Assembly: GCF_004010195.1 (NCBI RefSeq)
Contig: NC_057757.1
Location: forward strand, 5,816,532-5,879,844
Origin: Chiloscyllium plagiosum
Taxonomy: Eukaryota
Direction: 5' to 3'
DNA: 63,313 nucleotides
Shown here: positions 12,922 to 26,260 of the stretch, piece after piece
Layout: every line of letters starts with the position of its first letter
How positions within the stretch are numbered: position 1 is the stretch's first letter
The notes under the pieces: model-generated
What the model saw: the letters and a program-made list of their open reading frames with translations, nothing else
What the model was told of the DNA's origin: nothing
The model's database searches: none
Position numbers and translations under genes: made by a program

Positions 12922-14005
12922 TGAAATGCTGCAAAAGCTTTCTCTTAATTATTCTGACAAAGGTATGTGAGCGTGTAGGTAGGAGAAACTGTTACCTCTT
13001 GTGAAAGGAGCCAAATTGAATGGGCATAAGTTTAAACTAATGTACAAAAGAAACCAGGATGATGTGAGGAAAGGTTTTCTCAAAACCTGGGGAGTTAGGA
13101 TCTGGAATGTGCTGCCTGGAAATGTGGAGGCAGGTTCAGTTGACGCATTCCAGAGGGTATTGAACGGTCATCTGGGTGAAAGTCATGTACAAGCCTCTGA
13201 GGGGAAAGGCAGGAGATTGGCACTAGGTGCTTGTTTAAAGAGCCAGTGTAGGCAAGATGAGCCATACGGCTGTCTTCCTTGATTCTAAAAGTCTCCTGTG
13301 CAATGCAGACAAACTTGCTGCACTTTTGTATCCGTTTCCGATGAACCAGACCAGATTTCTGACCTCTCTTTCGGTCGGTGTGGCTGCAGCAACAGAATTA
13401 GCTGGAATGCTTATGTGCGCCCTTCGGGATACTGAAGTGAAGGGTCTCTGTTGTCCTGAGCTGGTGTTGTTTCACAATGGGAACGCTTCTTAGGAAGTGC
13501 TTGGCTCACCAATCTTGCCCCACAATGGGATCTTTATCTCGGTTTTGTTTTGTTAGATCGCATGCTACAGTGTGATCTCTCTTGAATCATACGCAGTGTG
13601 CCTCACTTAGCCTCATTTTTAGACCTCCATTAGATTGTCACTCAAGTGAAGGGGATAATTGCACTGAAATAACTTGGGGTTTTCTGACAGGAAAGGGGAC
13701 AGACTACCAGCATATACATACCTGACAATTATTAGGGCTAGGCTTTCTTTTGAAATATTCTGGTGACATGCGCTACATCAGGGGTAGTGATGTAATGGCA
13801 TGGGGAAGCTAGAGGCCTTAAGGTGTGGTATCATGGGTTTAAATCCTACCGCCACAATGGGCTTTAAATTCAATTTGTAAAGCTAGTGATGTAGTTATGA
13901 GACTATATTGTCAATTCCTGTGAAAACCCATCTAGTTCACTAATGTACTTTTGGGATGTCATTGCCTGCTCTGGCCTACATGTGACTTCAAACCCACAGC
14001 AATGT

Positions 14006-14533
14006 ATGGCCACACTTGGTGTATTGTGTACAGTTCTGGTCACCGCAGTATAAGAAGGATGTGGAAGCTTTGGAAAGGGTGCAGAGGAGATTTACTAGGA
14101 TGTTGCCTGGTATGGAAGGAAGGTCTTACGAGGAAAGGCTGAGGGCCTTGAGGCTGTTCTTGTTAGAGAGAAGAAGGTTGAGAGGTGACTTAATAGAGAC
14201 ATATAAGATAATCAGAGGGTTAGATAGGATGGATAGGGAGAGCCTTTTTCCAAGTATGGGGACGGCAAACACGAGGGGACACAACTTTAAAGTGAGGGGA
14301 GACAGGTATAAGACAGATGTCAGAGGTAGTTTCTTTACTCAGAGTAGTAAGGGTATGGAATGCTTTGCCTTCAACGGTAGTAGATTCGCCAAGTTTAAGT
14401 GCATTTAAGTTGTCATTGGATAGGCATATGGACGTATATGGAATAGTGTAGGTGGGATGGGCTTCAGATGAGTATGACAGGGCGGTGCAACATCGAGGGC
14501 TGAAGGGCCTGTACTGCGCTGTAATGTTCTATG
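14006..14533 (+). mobile_element. CR1 LINE 3' fragment inserted in a tRNA-headed SINE (13780-14640)
   Basis: ORF 14016..14408 YCVQFWSPQYKKDVEALERVQRRFTRMLPG...RRLRGDLIETYKI is the CR1 ORF2 C-terminus; gttctatgtt tail. Confidence 0.85.
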
Positions 14534-16751
14534 TTGTTGACTCTTAACTGTCCTATAAAATGGCTGAGCAAGCCACTCAGTTCAGGGACAATTAGAGATG
14601 GGTAAGAAATGTTGGTCTTGCCAGTGATGCCCACCTTTTGTAAGTGAAATATATATACAAATAGAATGTGGCTTTAAAACCAGATGAGAATCTGGGGAGA
14701 GCTTTACCAAGCTGCAGCACTGCTAACTTCTGTGTCTTGTGTAGGACAGGCACACAAGATTCCCAAGCAGTTTGCATCTTTTTTTGTTTGCTGTCCTGCA
14801 GCCCTCACTCCCAATCTGTATCCAACAACATACTGCATGATACTGAAGTTAGTGTTTTAGCAAGGGATACCAATTGGATTTAAGAAACAGCATTAAATGC
14901 TATTTGTTATTTCAGATCTTGAGTATTGCTGGAAAAAAGGCACATTTTTGTCAAAGCTTTATGATTTATAATGTTTTAATGATTTATGAGAAAAATATTT
15001 GAGAGGATAATATTTTATACTGTTCAAGAAGAAAGCATTGATTGACAAGTGAGCTTCGGTTCAAATGTTGCTGTGGAGAATGTACCAGTTAGGTGCTGAC
15101 TGATCGTTAACTACCAAAGTTTCCTTTAAATTTAAACCAGGTTGATTCTGATTGGTCAAGACATTCTCTAAGGAGACTGCACTTGCTAACTACCCCCTTC
15201 CTGTACAGTATGAAGTGTTGGTTCCCTTTATGTTGGTGATGTATGTCCTGATGAGGGCAAGGTAAAGAGCTTCAACAAAATGCAGCTTTCTTCAGCAATA
15301 TCAGCAGGAAATTGACAAGTGGACCGAGTTTATCTTTTTCCAAACCCAGCAATGGTTGGAAGAGGTGAGGTGGGGAAGTATGTTGATCCCATGGGATAAT
15401 GGAGAAAGGTATAGCAGGATATCATGTTGGGGTGCGATACAGTAGGGGATGGGAGCAGACTGGTGTGTATAATAAATGCTGACATAGACCCATTGGCCTA
15501 GTGGCCCTTGCTTTGTGATGTGTGTTCTATGTTTTGAAGACTTGCGAGTAGAAAAAAAGCATCAAAACCATAGTTGCAGAGTTGCATTGTCTGGAGTAAG
15601 GACTGTATCAGTAGATGGGATGTGGGGGCATTGAGGTATGTCAGTGGTCTTGTCAAAACAGGAACTCCGGTCTAATGTTCTGGCACGTGTTCGAATCCTC
15701 CCTATGGCAGATAGAAAAAAAAATGTAAATGCTCTTTAGGGAAGGAAATCTGTTCATCTTTACCTGGTCAGGCCTACAGGTGACTTCAGACCCACAGCAG
15801 TACGGTTGACTCAGATTTGTCTCTGGGCAGTTAGGGATGGACAATAAATGTTTGTGCATCCAGTGATACCCACATCCCCGTGAATGACCCAAAGCACCAA
15901 TGCATTTCATCATGCAATGCCAAACAGTGTCTGCCCCCTCACATTTCCATGTGGGACACCAAGAGCTGTGATTGTCAAAGCAGTAAAATGCTATTTCCCC
16001 CTTCCTTCTCGCTCTTGCATCTAATGCCCTGTAAATGCCTTCTGGAGCAGCTCATTCCTCCCTCTTGGGCTTGCAGGGGATTTTGGGAATTGACTGTCAC
16101 TTATTTGTAATGTTCAGTGAAAAGGAGCATGTACAGGAGGAGTGCCTTAATCATAAAATCGTAGAATCCCTACATAGTGGAAGCAGACTGTTCGGCCCAT
16201 TAAGTTGGAGGAAACCCACACAAACACAGGAAGAATGTGCAAACTCCACACATGGTCACCCAAGGGTGGAATTGAATCTGGGGCTGAGAGGTTCATCCTT
16301 GCCTTCTCATGCACAATGCAATCTATTTTGATGACTTGTAAATCAAGAATCAAAACATGGGGGCACAGTCTTGGGATAAGGGGATGAACTTTTTAAGACT
16401 GAGATGTGAAGTTGGCTCACTTGGAGGGTTGTGAATACTTTGGAATTCTCTTCCCCCACCAAGAATTGCGAATGCTTCATTGTTGAAGTTGAGCTCTTAA
16501 TTTCAGATGAGTGGTGGCTCCAATCTTTTGGTATCCTTGTGTTTCCAGCCCAGTCTGCGTTGAGAATATCCATCCTTCCATGAAGGCACTTGGTCATTAT
16601 AAGAGTGTCGGTGATGAGTATTGGTGGGTTGTTTATCCGGAGTGGATATCACATCAGAAACCAAATAAATCTTGCTTTCTTTTTTCAACATTCACATGCT
16701 CAGTCCTGCTGAATGTTGGTACTGTAATTGGCTGAATGATGTAAATTGTAG

Positions 16752-17078
<327 letters not shown>

Positions 17079-17699
17079 TAAAAGCTGTAACTTGTTCAAC
17101 AGTGGCACTCCATTGTGGTCACTGCAGCATCAAGGGGGGGGACCGTTCAGACTTGGGAGGCAACTCTAGGGATTAGAAATAGGGCTGACCTCAAACGTAG
17201 GTTACAGGAGGCACACTCTAATTGATCTTTTGAGGAACAACAGCAATTTCCACTTGACATAGTGACGTCAGCGTAGCAACTTTGGGGAATTTCCCAGAGC
17301 TGGAATGGGGACGGAGCCATCATGAGCAGAAATATGGTCAGCAGCGTTAGTCAGAAAAGAAACTGACAGGGGTTAGGAAGGGGCCATACAGGACTGCATG
17401 ACAACCAATCACACTGGGGAGGTGGCTGTTCTGAAATTGTAGTACAGGATAGTAGAGGAGAGGTAGTGGTATAATGGTAATAGTTATAACCTAGAGGTCT
17501 AGGCTGCATCAGTGGGGGTATCAGTTCAAATCTCACACAGCAGCTGGTGGAATTTAGATTCACTTCATAAAACTTCGATTTGAAAGCTAGCCCTGGTGGC
17601 CCTGACTGTTTGTTTGTTTTTTAAAATAAAGTCAACATGTAAGCAAGGTCAGAACGCTGCAGTTCTTACTGTGTGTGACTTCAGATCTTGACCCTTTCA

Positions 17700-18128
17700 C
17701 AGAATCCCTACACCGACCGTCCAGAGTATCCCACCCAGCCCCATTCCCCTATTACTTTACATTTCTCTGACTAATGCATCTAACCTACACATCCCTGAGC
17801 ACTATGGGCAATTTAGTATGGCCAGTTCACCTGACCTGCACACCTTTGGATTGTGGGAGGAAACCCACGCAGACGCTAAATTGAATTCTGTCTGCTACCA
17901 GCTTGCCCCATTGCTAGCCACCTGCAGCCTTTTCCACTGGTCAGTTCAACTTGCTGTTTAGTAAATCTTTGATTATTTCTATTGCCATCCAACCTTCTTT
18001 CTTCCTAAGTTCTGATGTTTTAAATGTTCTGATGAAACTCCACACAGACGGTTGCCCGAGGCTGGAATCGAACCCAGGTCCTTGGCGTTGTGAGGCAGTA
18101 GTGCTAACCACTGAACCGCCGTGCTGCC
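17700..18128 (-). mobile_element. HE1-type V-SINE interrupted by a 160-bp copy of nearby intronic DNA
   Basis: SINE head at ~18035-18128, V-domain and tail at 17700-17874; 17875-18034 is foreign sequence. Confidence 0.8.
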
Positions 18129-18479
18129 CTGACCTCCCTCTGAAATGGCAGAGCAAACTACTGGGGTAATTGCGGATGGACAACAATGCTTACCTAGCCA
18201 GTATTGCGCATGTCCCGTTAAAGAAAAAAAATGGACCTCCATAAAAAGCAGCCAGAAGGACATTGGGTTGAATTCTTTGGGGCCATTTGGAATTTCTTGA
18301 CGCAGAAGATGAGCGAGATTGTTAGGAGAGCTGACGATGGGCCATTTAACAAACTATTCCCTGCAGGTGGTTAGTTTGTATTCTGGTGTAATGAGACCTC
18401 CCCGGCAGCAGGTGGTAGTGTGAGAGTGAGCAGCTGGGACGGTCGAATGGACTAGTGCTGACAGGAAGGATGCCTTTAG

Positions 18480-18945
18480 AGAGAGACAGTCCAGAGAAGG
18501 TTCACCAGCCTGACACTGGGTATGGAAAGACCTTCAGTCTTATGAGGAGAGGTTGAGTAGATTGTTCTAAATTCGAATGAGTATAGGCCCAAACAAGGGG
18601 TGACCTTATTGAAACGTATAAGATTTTTAGGGGACTTGACAGGGGCGATGCAGATTGTTTTTGCCCTTGTGGAAGAGCTGAAGACCAGAGGGCATAATTT
18701 GAGTAAGGTATCACTCATTTAAGAGAGAGATGAGGAGGAATATCTTCTGAGGGTGATGAATTTGTGGAGTTCTTCACTGTAGAGGGTTGTTGAGGCGGAG
18801 TGGTGGTTAAGCATAATCAAGGCTGAGAGAGATTTTTAATCGGTAAGGGAATCCAGGGTTATAGGAAAGGGGAATTGAGGAGTATCAGATCAGCTATGAT
18901 CTCATTGAATTGTTAGCTGACTTGATGGGCTGAATGGCCTATTGT
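18480..18945 (+). mobile_element. CR1 LINE 3' fragment (older subfamily)
   Basis: VQRRFTSL and GDLIETYKIFRGLD remnants; gatcagctatgatctcattgaat...ggctgaatggcct tail. Confidence 0.7.
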
Positions 18946-19534
18946 ATCGGTGGAGGGTTTTAAGTTTACTAGCAATTTTCTGACGATTTGATTTTCACCT
19001 TTCCACAAGAGAGAACACACATTCAGCATAACTTTGCTTTTGTACTTTATGACCTCCAGATATAAAATCAGATCCCAATGTCCATTTATTATTTGTCAAG
19101 AGATACTAAATGGAACTTAATTGATCTAGATATTTGATCCATTTTAATGGTGCTATTCACCTCTACTGCCACATTTTAATGCCTGTACATTAAAAAAGAA
19201 AGCTCTGCTCCTGTATTCAGATGTTTCACATGTGGGCTAAATTGAATTCTGTCTGCTACCAGCTTGCCCCATTGCTAGCCACCTGCAGCCTTTTCCACTG
19301 GTCAGTTCAACTTGCTGTTTAGTAAATCTTTGATTATTTCTATTGCCATCCAACCTTCTTTCTTCCCAAGTTCTGATGTTTTAAATGTTCTGATGTACAT
19401 AAATTTAAGTCCTACCCAACAGAACATTGCTTGTCATCACAGGTACATCCTGTCAAATTGCTTCCAGCCCCCTCTGCCTGCTGTGGTTTAGCCCTGTGGT
19501 GTCATTATGAAAGTAGGGTGTTAGTTATCTAATA

Positions 19535-19860
19535 GATTAGATTCCCTACAGTATGGAGACAGGCCCTTCGACCCAACAAGTCCACACCAACCCTCCAAAG
19601 AGTAACCCACTCAGACCCATTCCCCTACCCTAGATTTACTCCTGACGAATGCACCTAACACTAAAGGCAATTTAGCATGACCAGTTCACCTGACCTGCAC
19701 ATCTTTGGATAGTGGGAGGAAACTGGAGCAGCCAGAGGAAACCCACGCAGACACTGGGAGAATGTGCAAACTTCACACGGATAGTCGCCCGAGACAGGAA
19801 TTGAACCTGGGTCCCTAGCGCTGTGAGGCAGCAGTGCTAACCACCAAACCACCGTGCCGC
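19535..19860 (-). mobile_element. HE1-type V-SINE
   Basis: Full-length reverse complement: ggcggcacggtgg...gttagcactgctgcctcacagcgc to aatctaatct tail. Confidence 0.85.
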
Positions 19861-20352
19861 CTGCAGCATAGCAAAACAAGCTTGGTGAACATAAAGGTCT
19901 AATACTGTTCCAGTCTCTCTCCCCGATTTCCTAAATGGAGAAAGTGACAAAATCTTGTCATAATGACCTAGTTCAGGAGCAGATTAAGCATCTTCACATT
20001 AAGAACAATGTCGAGTTCACCAATAGCTGCACAGGAGAATCAGTTCATCTTAGATTGCGGAATTGATGATGTTCACGCAGTGGAAGCAAAAGGGACATGT
20101 GCCTTTTTTGTTTTGAGTTCCCAGGAATTTGGGAAGCCTACATTATCCCATTATTTTCTTCATTGCATTGCCTCAACCAATCAATGGCTGTTTGCCAACC
20201 AAGCAGCACTCATTTCTCCTGTAGTATAAATTGTTATGATTGTTTGTTTGAAATCTGTCATTCTCGCATTTTGTCCTGATGAGTACAAGATGCAAAAAGC
20301 TTCAGCAACATGTCTGTTTTTCGGCGATATTCAATGCAGAAAACATTAGTCT

Positions 20353-21200
20353 TCTCCCTCCCCTCCTTCCCCTCCCCTCCCCTCCTTCCCCTCCCTCCCC
20401 TCCCCTCCTTCCCCNNNNNNNNNNNNNNNNNNNNNNNNNNNNNNNNNNNNNNNNNNNNNNNNNNNNNNNNNNNNNNNNNNNNNNNNNNNNNNNNNNNNNN
20501 NNNNNNNNNNNNNNNNNNNNNNNNNNNNNNNNNNNNNNNNNNNNNNNNNNNNNNNNNNNNNNNNNNNNNNNNNNNNNNNNNNNNNNNNNNNNNNNNNNNN
20601 NNNNNNNNNNNNNNNNNNNNNNNNNNNNNNNNNNNNNNNNNNNNNNNNNNNNNNNNNNNNNNNNNNNNNNNNNNNNNNNNNNNNNNNNNNNNNNNNNNNN
20701 NNNNNNNNNNNNNNNNNNNNNNNNNNNNNNNNNNNNNNNNNNNNNNNNNNNNNNNNNNNNNNNNNNNNNNNNNNNNNNNNNNNNNNNNNNNNNNNNNNNN
20801 NNNNNNNNNNNNNNNNNNNNNNNNNNNNNNNNNNNNNNNNNNNNNNNNNNNNNNNNNNNNNNNNNNNNNNNNNNNNNNNNNNNNNNNNNNNNNNNNNNNN
20901 NNNNNNNNNNNNNNNNNNNNNNNNNNNNNNNNNNNNNNNNNNNNNNNNNNNNNNNNNNNNNNNNNNNNNNNNNNNNNNNNNNNNNNNNNNNNNNNNNNNN
21001 NNNNNNNNNNNNNNNNNNNNNNNNNNNNNNNNNNNNNNNNNNNNNNNNNNNNNNNNNNNNNNNNNNNNNNNNNNNNNNNNNNNNNNNNNNNNNNNNNNNN
21101 NNNNNNNNNNNNNNNNNNNNNNNNNNNNNNNNNNNNNNNNNNNNNNNNNNNNNNNNNNNNNNNNNNNNNNNNNNNNNNNNTCCCTATCCTCTCTACTCCC
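20353..21200. repeat. (CCCT/CCCCT)n polypyrimidine tract on both sides of a 766-N gap
   Basis: ctccctccctccttcccctcccctcccct before the gap; tccctatcctct after it. Confidence 0.7.
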
Positions 21201-21292
21201 ACCCCCTGTAAGGTTTGTCCTAACTAGCAGCTACCTCCTTCCATGAATGGTGGTGAGGAACTGTTTGACCCTCCTGCTCACCTCGGGAGTAA

Positions 21293-21400
<108 letters not shown>

Positions 21401-21682
21401 TGAGTTCATTGCGTCCCCACCTCAAGTAACCAATGTTGGCGTTGAGCTGGTGCTGTCTCTTAATCTCACCTTCCCTCCCAAAACGAGAGAACAGTTTGAT
21501 TTGTTCATTGAAAGTCCAACCCGAGGATGTTTGTGGGCGAAGGAACCAACCAACTGAAGTATTGTTTGGTCAGACAGTGGACTGACCAGTGGCTGGATGT
21601 TAACACACAGCAAACCCACAAAATGATTGAACTGCAAAGTGCAAAAGCAGCACTCACTTATCAGGTAGCAAAATGGTGCTTG

Positions 21683-22010
21683 ATTAGATTAGATTACTTG
21701 CAGTGTGGAAACAGGCCCTTCGGCCCAACAAGTCCACACTGACCCGCCAAAGCGTAACCCACCCATTCCCCTACATTTACCCCTTTACCTAACACTACGG
21801 GCAATTTAACACGGCCAATTCACCTGCATATCTTTGGACTGTGGGAGGAAGCCAGAGCACCCGGAGGAAACCCACGCAGACACGGGGAGAACGTGCAAAC
21901 TCCACACAGTCAGTCAGTCGCCTGAGTCGGGAATTGAACCCGGGTCTCTGTCGCTGTGAGGCAGCAGTGCTAACCACCGTGCCGCCCCCACTGTGCCACC
22001 GTGCCGCCCG
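21683..22010 (-). mobile_element. HE1-type V-SINE, young, with a short duplication of its 5' end
   Basis: Closely matches the 42431 copy; ggcggcacggtgg occurs twice at the head. Confidence 0.85.
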
Positions 22011-23281
22011 GTTTGGATTCCAGTCATCAGTTTGGCTAAGGAAGGTGGTTGAAGGAGTAGATTTGAAGGTGAAAAGAAATTGAGGTTTGCGTGTGTGCAG
22101 TGCATTTTGCAATCCCTGGAGCTTTGTACCCAGCGAAGCACTTTATAACAGTGACTCCATTTCAATATTGCAGAAAATGCAGCAACTGATTTGCACATGG
22201 CAAGCTCCTACGAATAGCAAAATAACTTTTTTTTAAAAAAAAGTTGTTAGCTGGGAGGCATAAATGTTGGCCCAGGGACAAGAGAGGTCTGCCTTGCCTG
22301 TCATCTTGGAAACAGCACCCCAGGATCTTTTCTATGCAGCAATGAGAGCAGACAGGACCTTTTTTAGACCTGGCAAGCCAGAGGTTTAGGGCTGCATCGA
22401 TGTCTTAACGCCCCATTTGGGTCCAGTGGGCCTTGGCCCAAACTTGGACTCATGGGCCAAACTGCACCATGAGGCTGGTGGAATCTTCAACCAAAGCACT
22501 TCGGATTCTCCCTACTCTGGCCCATTTTTGTAGCAGTCAGTCGTGATGTGGTTAAGGGGCTGGAGTAGTAGCCTTAGCACTGAATCCACATCCTGCCACC
22601 CAAGTTTAAATTCAGCCATACTTTCTCCATCTCTGGTGTGCGCCACCAGAATATAAAGGAAAGAACAAACACAAGCTGCAAATTTATCAAAAAGCTGACT
22701 CGGTAATGTTTGAGGAGAGTAATCTGTCAAGCCCTGCCAATTCTGAGCTCTGCAACATCCAAAGCAATCTGACCTTTTGAGCTCCATCATTATAATATAG
22801 AAGGAGCAGTCTCTGGCAGCTTGTCAGGGCATTTCCTGATAAATGGATCCGTAGCTGGTTGGTTAAGTACGAATGCCAATCCTTGTGGCTTTATCTATAG
22901 TTTGCCTCATATGTTTGCCTCCAACCGATGAGCCCAATGGCCCAGCAGTTTGTCTTTGCACATGCTCCAGGTTCTCCACTTGCTTATCCTTAATTTTAAC
23001 ACAGCAATTGATGCAACAGTTACACTTGAAGGGTAGTAAATGTGGCTTTGCCCACATTGCCAAAGCCCTGAGGGCAAACACATCCCCCAGCTCTTACACG
23101 ATGAGTGTTTGAGATTGTCACTACGCTTGTCTAACTTTCTGGAGTGCAAGGATTCTTGTTACTCCGGAGCAAAAAATGCTATTGTAATTTGCTTCCAGTA
23201 GGTATTAACTTTCAGAAAAAAGACATCTGTGGCTTTATGACCTTTCTGCCATGTAAACAACTTCACCTTCTGTTTTCACAG

Positions 23282-23483
23282 TGCCCTGTGGGATATTGAA
23301 ACTGGGCAGCAGACGACCACATTCACAGGCCACAGTGGAGATGTCATGAGCCTCTCCCTCTCGCCAGACTTCAAGACCTTTGTGTCAGGAGCCTGTGACG
23401 CGTCAGTCAAGCTGTGGGACGTGCGCGACAGCATGTGCCGGCAGACTTTCACTGGCCATGAGTCTGACATCAATGCTGTTTGT
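23282..23483 (+). CDS. GNB2: GNB2 coding exon 7 ([67 protein letters not shown])
   Basis: tcacAG acceptor, 202 nt, GTAAG donor; VRDSMCRQ is GNB2-type. Confidence 0.97.
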
Positions 23484-24738
23484 GTAAGTTGCCAGGGCGT
23501 CTCTCTCTGAGCCCAACTGTTCTGGGGACGTCAGTCTAGGAGAAAGCATTGGGGTGGGAGAGAGCTATTGGGGATGGCCCTTAATGCAGAACAGAGAGAG
23601 AGAAAAACATAACTGGGCAAATAATGGTTTGAATCGAATGCGGCATCAACTCGTAAAAAGCACCATCAACCTATCAAAACTTGCCAAGGTTTTATAACCG
23701 AAAGGTGTGTCTTCTAAGGCACTATTAGTGAACAAAAGGTGAGTTTGTGAGGTAGATTTTAAGGAACTCTTCCAAAGGAAGTAAGTGGAAATAGTTGCAG
23801 GTTAAGAGAGGAAGAGAAAGTGGCCAGAAGTTGGCGTGAATAAGGTGGCGAATTGATCATCACTGCACTGACTGAGAAAGGAAAAGTGTGTAGGGCAGGC
23901 TAATGATACCTGACGATTGAGTGCTGTCAGCAAGAGCCTCATTCCCTGAAATGCTTGTGACACAATGCTGATCACCACACCACCTCAGGTAAAGGTTGTA
24001 CTTTACCTTGAGTGAGTGGAGCAGTGACCAGAATGATACCCGAGCTAAACAGGTTACATTATGAGGTGAAGAGTGCAGATGTGTTTGCTGAAGAGGAATA
24101 AGAGGGCGATGAATCAAGGTGTTAAAGAGAGAAAAGGGGATTAATCTTTCTTTGCATGTGTGTTTGTTTTCATACACATGGGAGCAGGGACATTAGTATA
24201 TAAGGAGTCCAGAGCATAACCATAAAATTAGAACCGCACTGAGGATGTTGTAAACAAAAAAACAGTCCCTCTCATAAAGGGGTTTGGAAAATTGGAATGC
24301 ACTCTTCCAGAAAAGCTGCTGAGGTGAGGGGTTAGTTTAAAATGTCCAAGTGTGCAAATTAAGTTTTAATCAGGTAAGGGTGTGAAGGCATTCGGAGCAA
24401 AGGTGGGTAGATGGAGTCGAGGCACGATCTCTCGGAATTGTGGAACAGATTTGGGCTGATTGGCCGATTTCTGTTCCTGTCAAGGAACGATGCAGAGGGA
24501 AATTGGAAGGAGAGAGGGTTAGTTAATATGGGGTGATTATGATATGCTGCTGCTCCCATGGAAATGCCAATGGTGAGGAGTGGAAGAAAGCTGTGTAATT
24601 GATGTGCTGATCTCTCTTTCTCTCCCTTTCTCCTTCCCCCACTCCCCCCTTCCTCACTGTACTGTTTACTTTCCATGCCGTCTTCCTGCCTGCCTCTGCA
24701 TTTTCCCCTTTGCGCTCGCTCCCTGTCTGTCTCTCTAG

Positions 24739-25029
<291 letters not shown>

Positions 25030-25159
25030 TGATGGCTTTGGAAGAAGTCCATTTTAAAAAAAAAAGAGTCTCTTCAAACTGTAGCAATCTGAGCTTGTGA
25101 CTGGAACTGCAGCAAGGTCTCCTGATTAAAAGTTGGCTTACTTTCGCTGGTAGAATACA

Positions 25160-25655
25160 ATTGGTGCTTGAGAATTGCCTGGAAAGGTGCAGTTCTAACA
25201 GTACCCAAGATGCTCAGCACCATACAGGGCAAAGCATACTGCTTGGTTGGCACTCTATCCAACATCTTCCATGTTCACTCCTGTCACTACCAACGCACAG
25301 TAGTGACAGTGAGTACCATCTACAAGGTGCATTGCAGCAACTCCCCATGGTCTCCTTAGACAGCACCTTTCAAACTTGCGGGTCCTAACACCTAGAAGGA
25401 TGAGGGCAGCAGATCTGTGGGAATACCACCTCCTGCAAATTCCTCTTTGAGCCACCTACTATCCTGACTTGGAAATGTACTGCTGTTCCTTCAGTGTCAC
25501 TGGGTCAAAATCCTGGAACTCCTTCCCAAACAACACACTGGCTGCCCTACTGATCACACACTTAAGGGAGGTTACTGCCTTTTGAAGGGCAGTTAGGATT
25601 GGGCAGCAAATGCTGGCCTTGCCTGCAGAGCCCACATCCCCAAATTAATAAAATT
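25160..25655 (+). mobile_element. CR1/L2-clade LINE 3' fragment (second LINE family)
   Basis: STIQGKAYCLVG remnant, actgggtcaaaatcctggaactcc, tail gggcagttaggattgggcagcaaatgctggcc; related copies at ~26690-27180, 33410-34020 and 35940-36700 (minus strand). Confidence 0.65.
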
Positions 25656-25924
25656 AAATGTAGACATTTAGCTCGATGTCTAATAGTCTCTGTCATAAAG
25701 GAAGGAAAAGAATCAAGTTGCATCATGTGTAAAATTGATCACATCCTACAATCTGGTCTGCAGATGTGATGTTAGAGAAATTAGAGCTTGTGCTGTCATA
25801 GACACACCTATCTTTGTCTCATAAGTCAATGCCGCAATCTGCTCCATGACTCCCTCTACCAACCTGAGCCTGCAACTACAGAGGTACGTGCATAAGAGCA
25901 GGAGTAGGCCATGTGTCCTTGAGC

Positions 25925-26260
25925 GATAGTTGTGTAATGGTAATGTCACTGGATTGATCCAGAGGCCCAGCCTGTTCCTCTGGAGGAAACGTAGGTTCAA
26001 ATCCCACCAAAGTGCCTCAGTAGAGTTTGATCAAATCTGGAAGTCTCAGTGGTGACCACAAAACTATTATTGATTGTTGTAAAAGGCCCATCTGCATTTT
26101 AGGGAAGGAAATCCACTGTCCTTACCTGGTCTGGCTTACGTGTGACTTCAGGTCTACAGCAATGTGGCTGACTGTTAATCTGAAATGCCTGAGCAAGCCA
26201 AGTTCAGGTCAAGGGTGATTAGGGGCAGGTAGCAAGTGCTGGCCTTGCCCAGTAACAACA
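25925..26260 (+). mobile_element. tRNA-headed SINE family B
   Basis: tggtaatgtcactggatt...ggttcaaatcccacc (B-box-like)...tttagggaaggaaatc...gtgacttcag; other copies at ~10700, 13780, 15640, 17460, 54775 (-) and 55345 (+). Confidence 0.65.
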
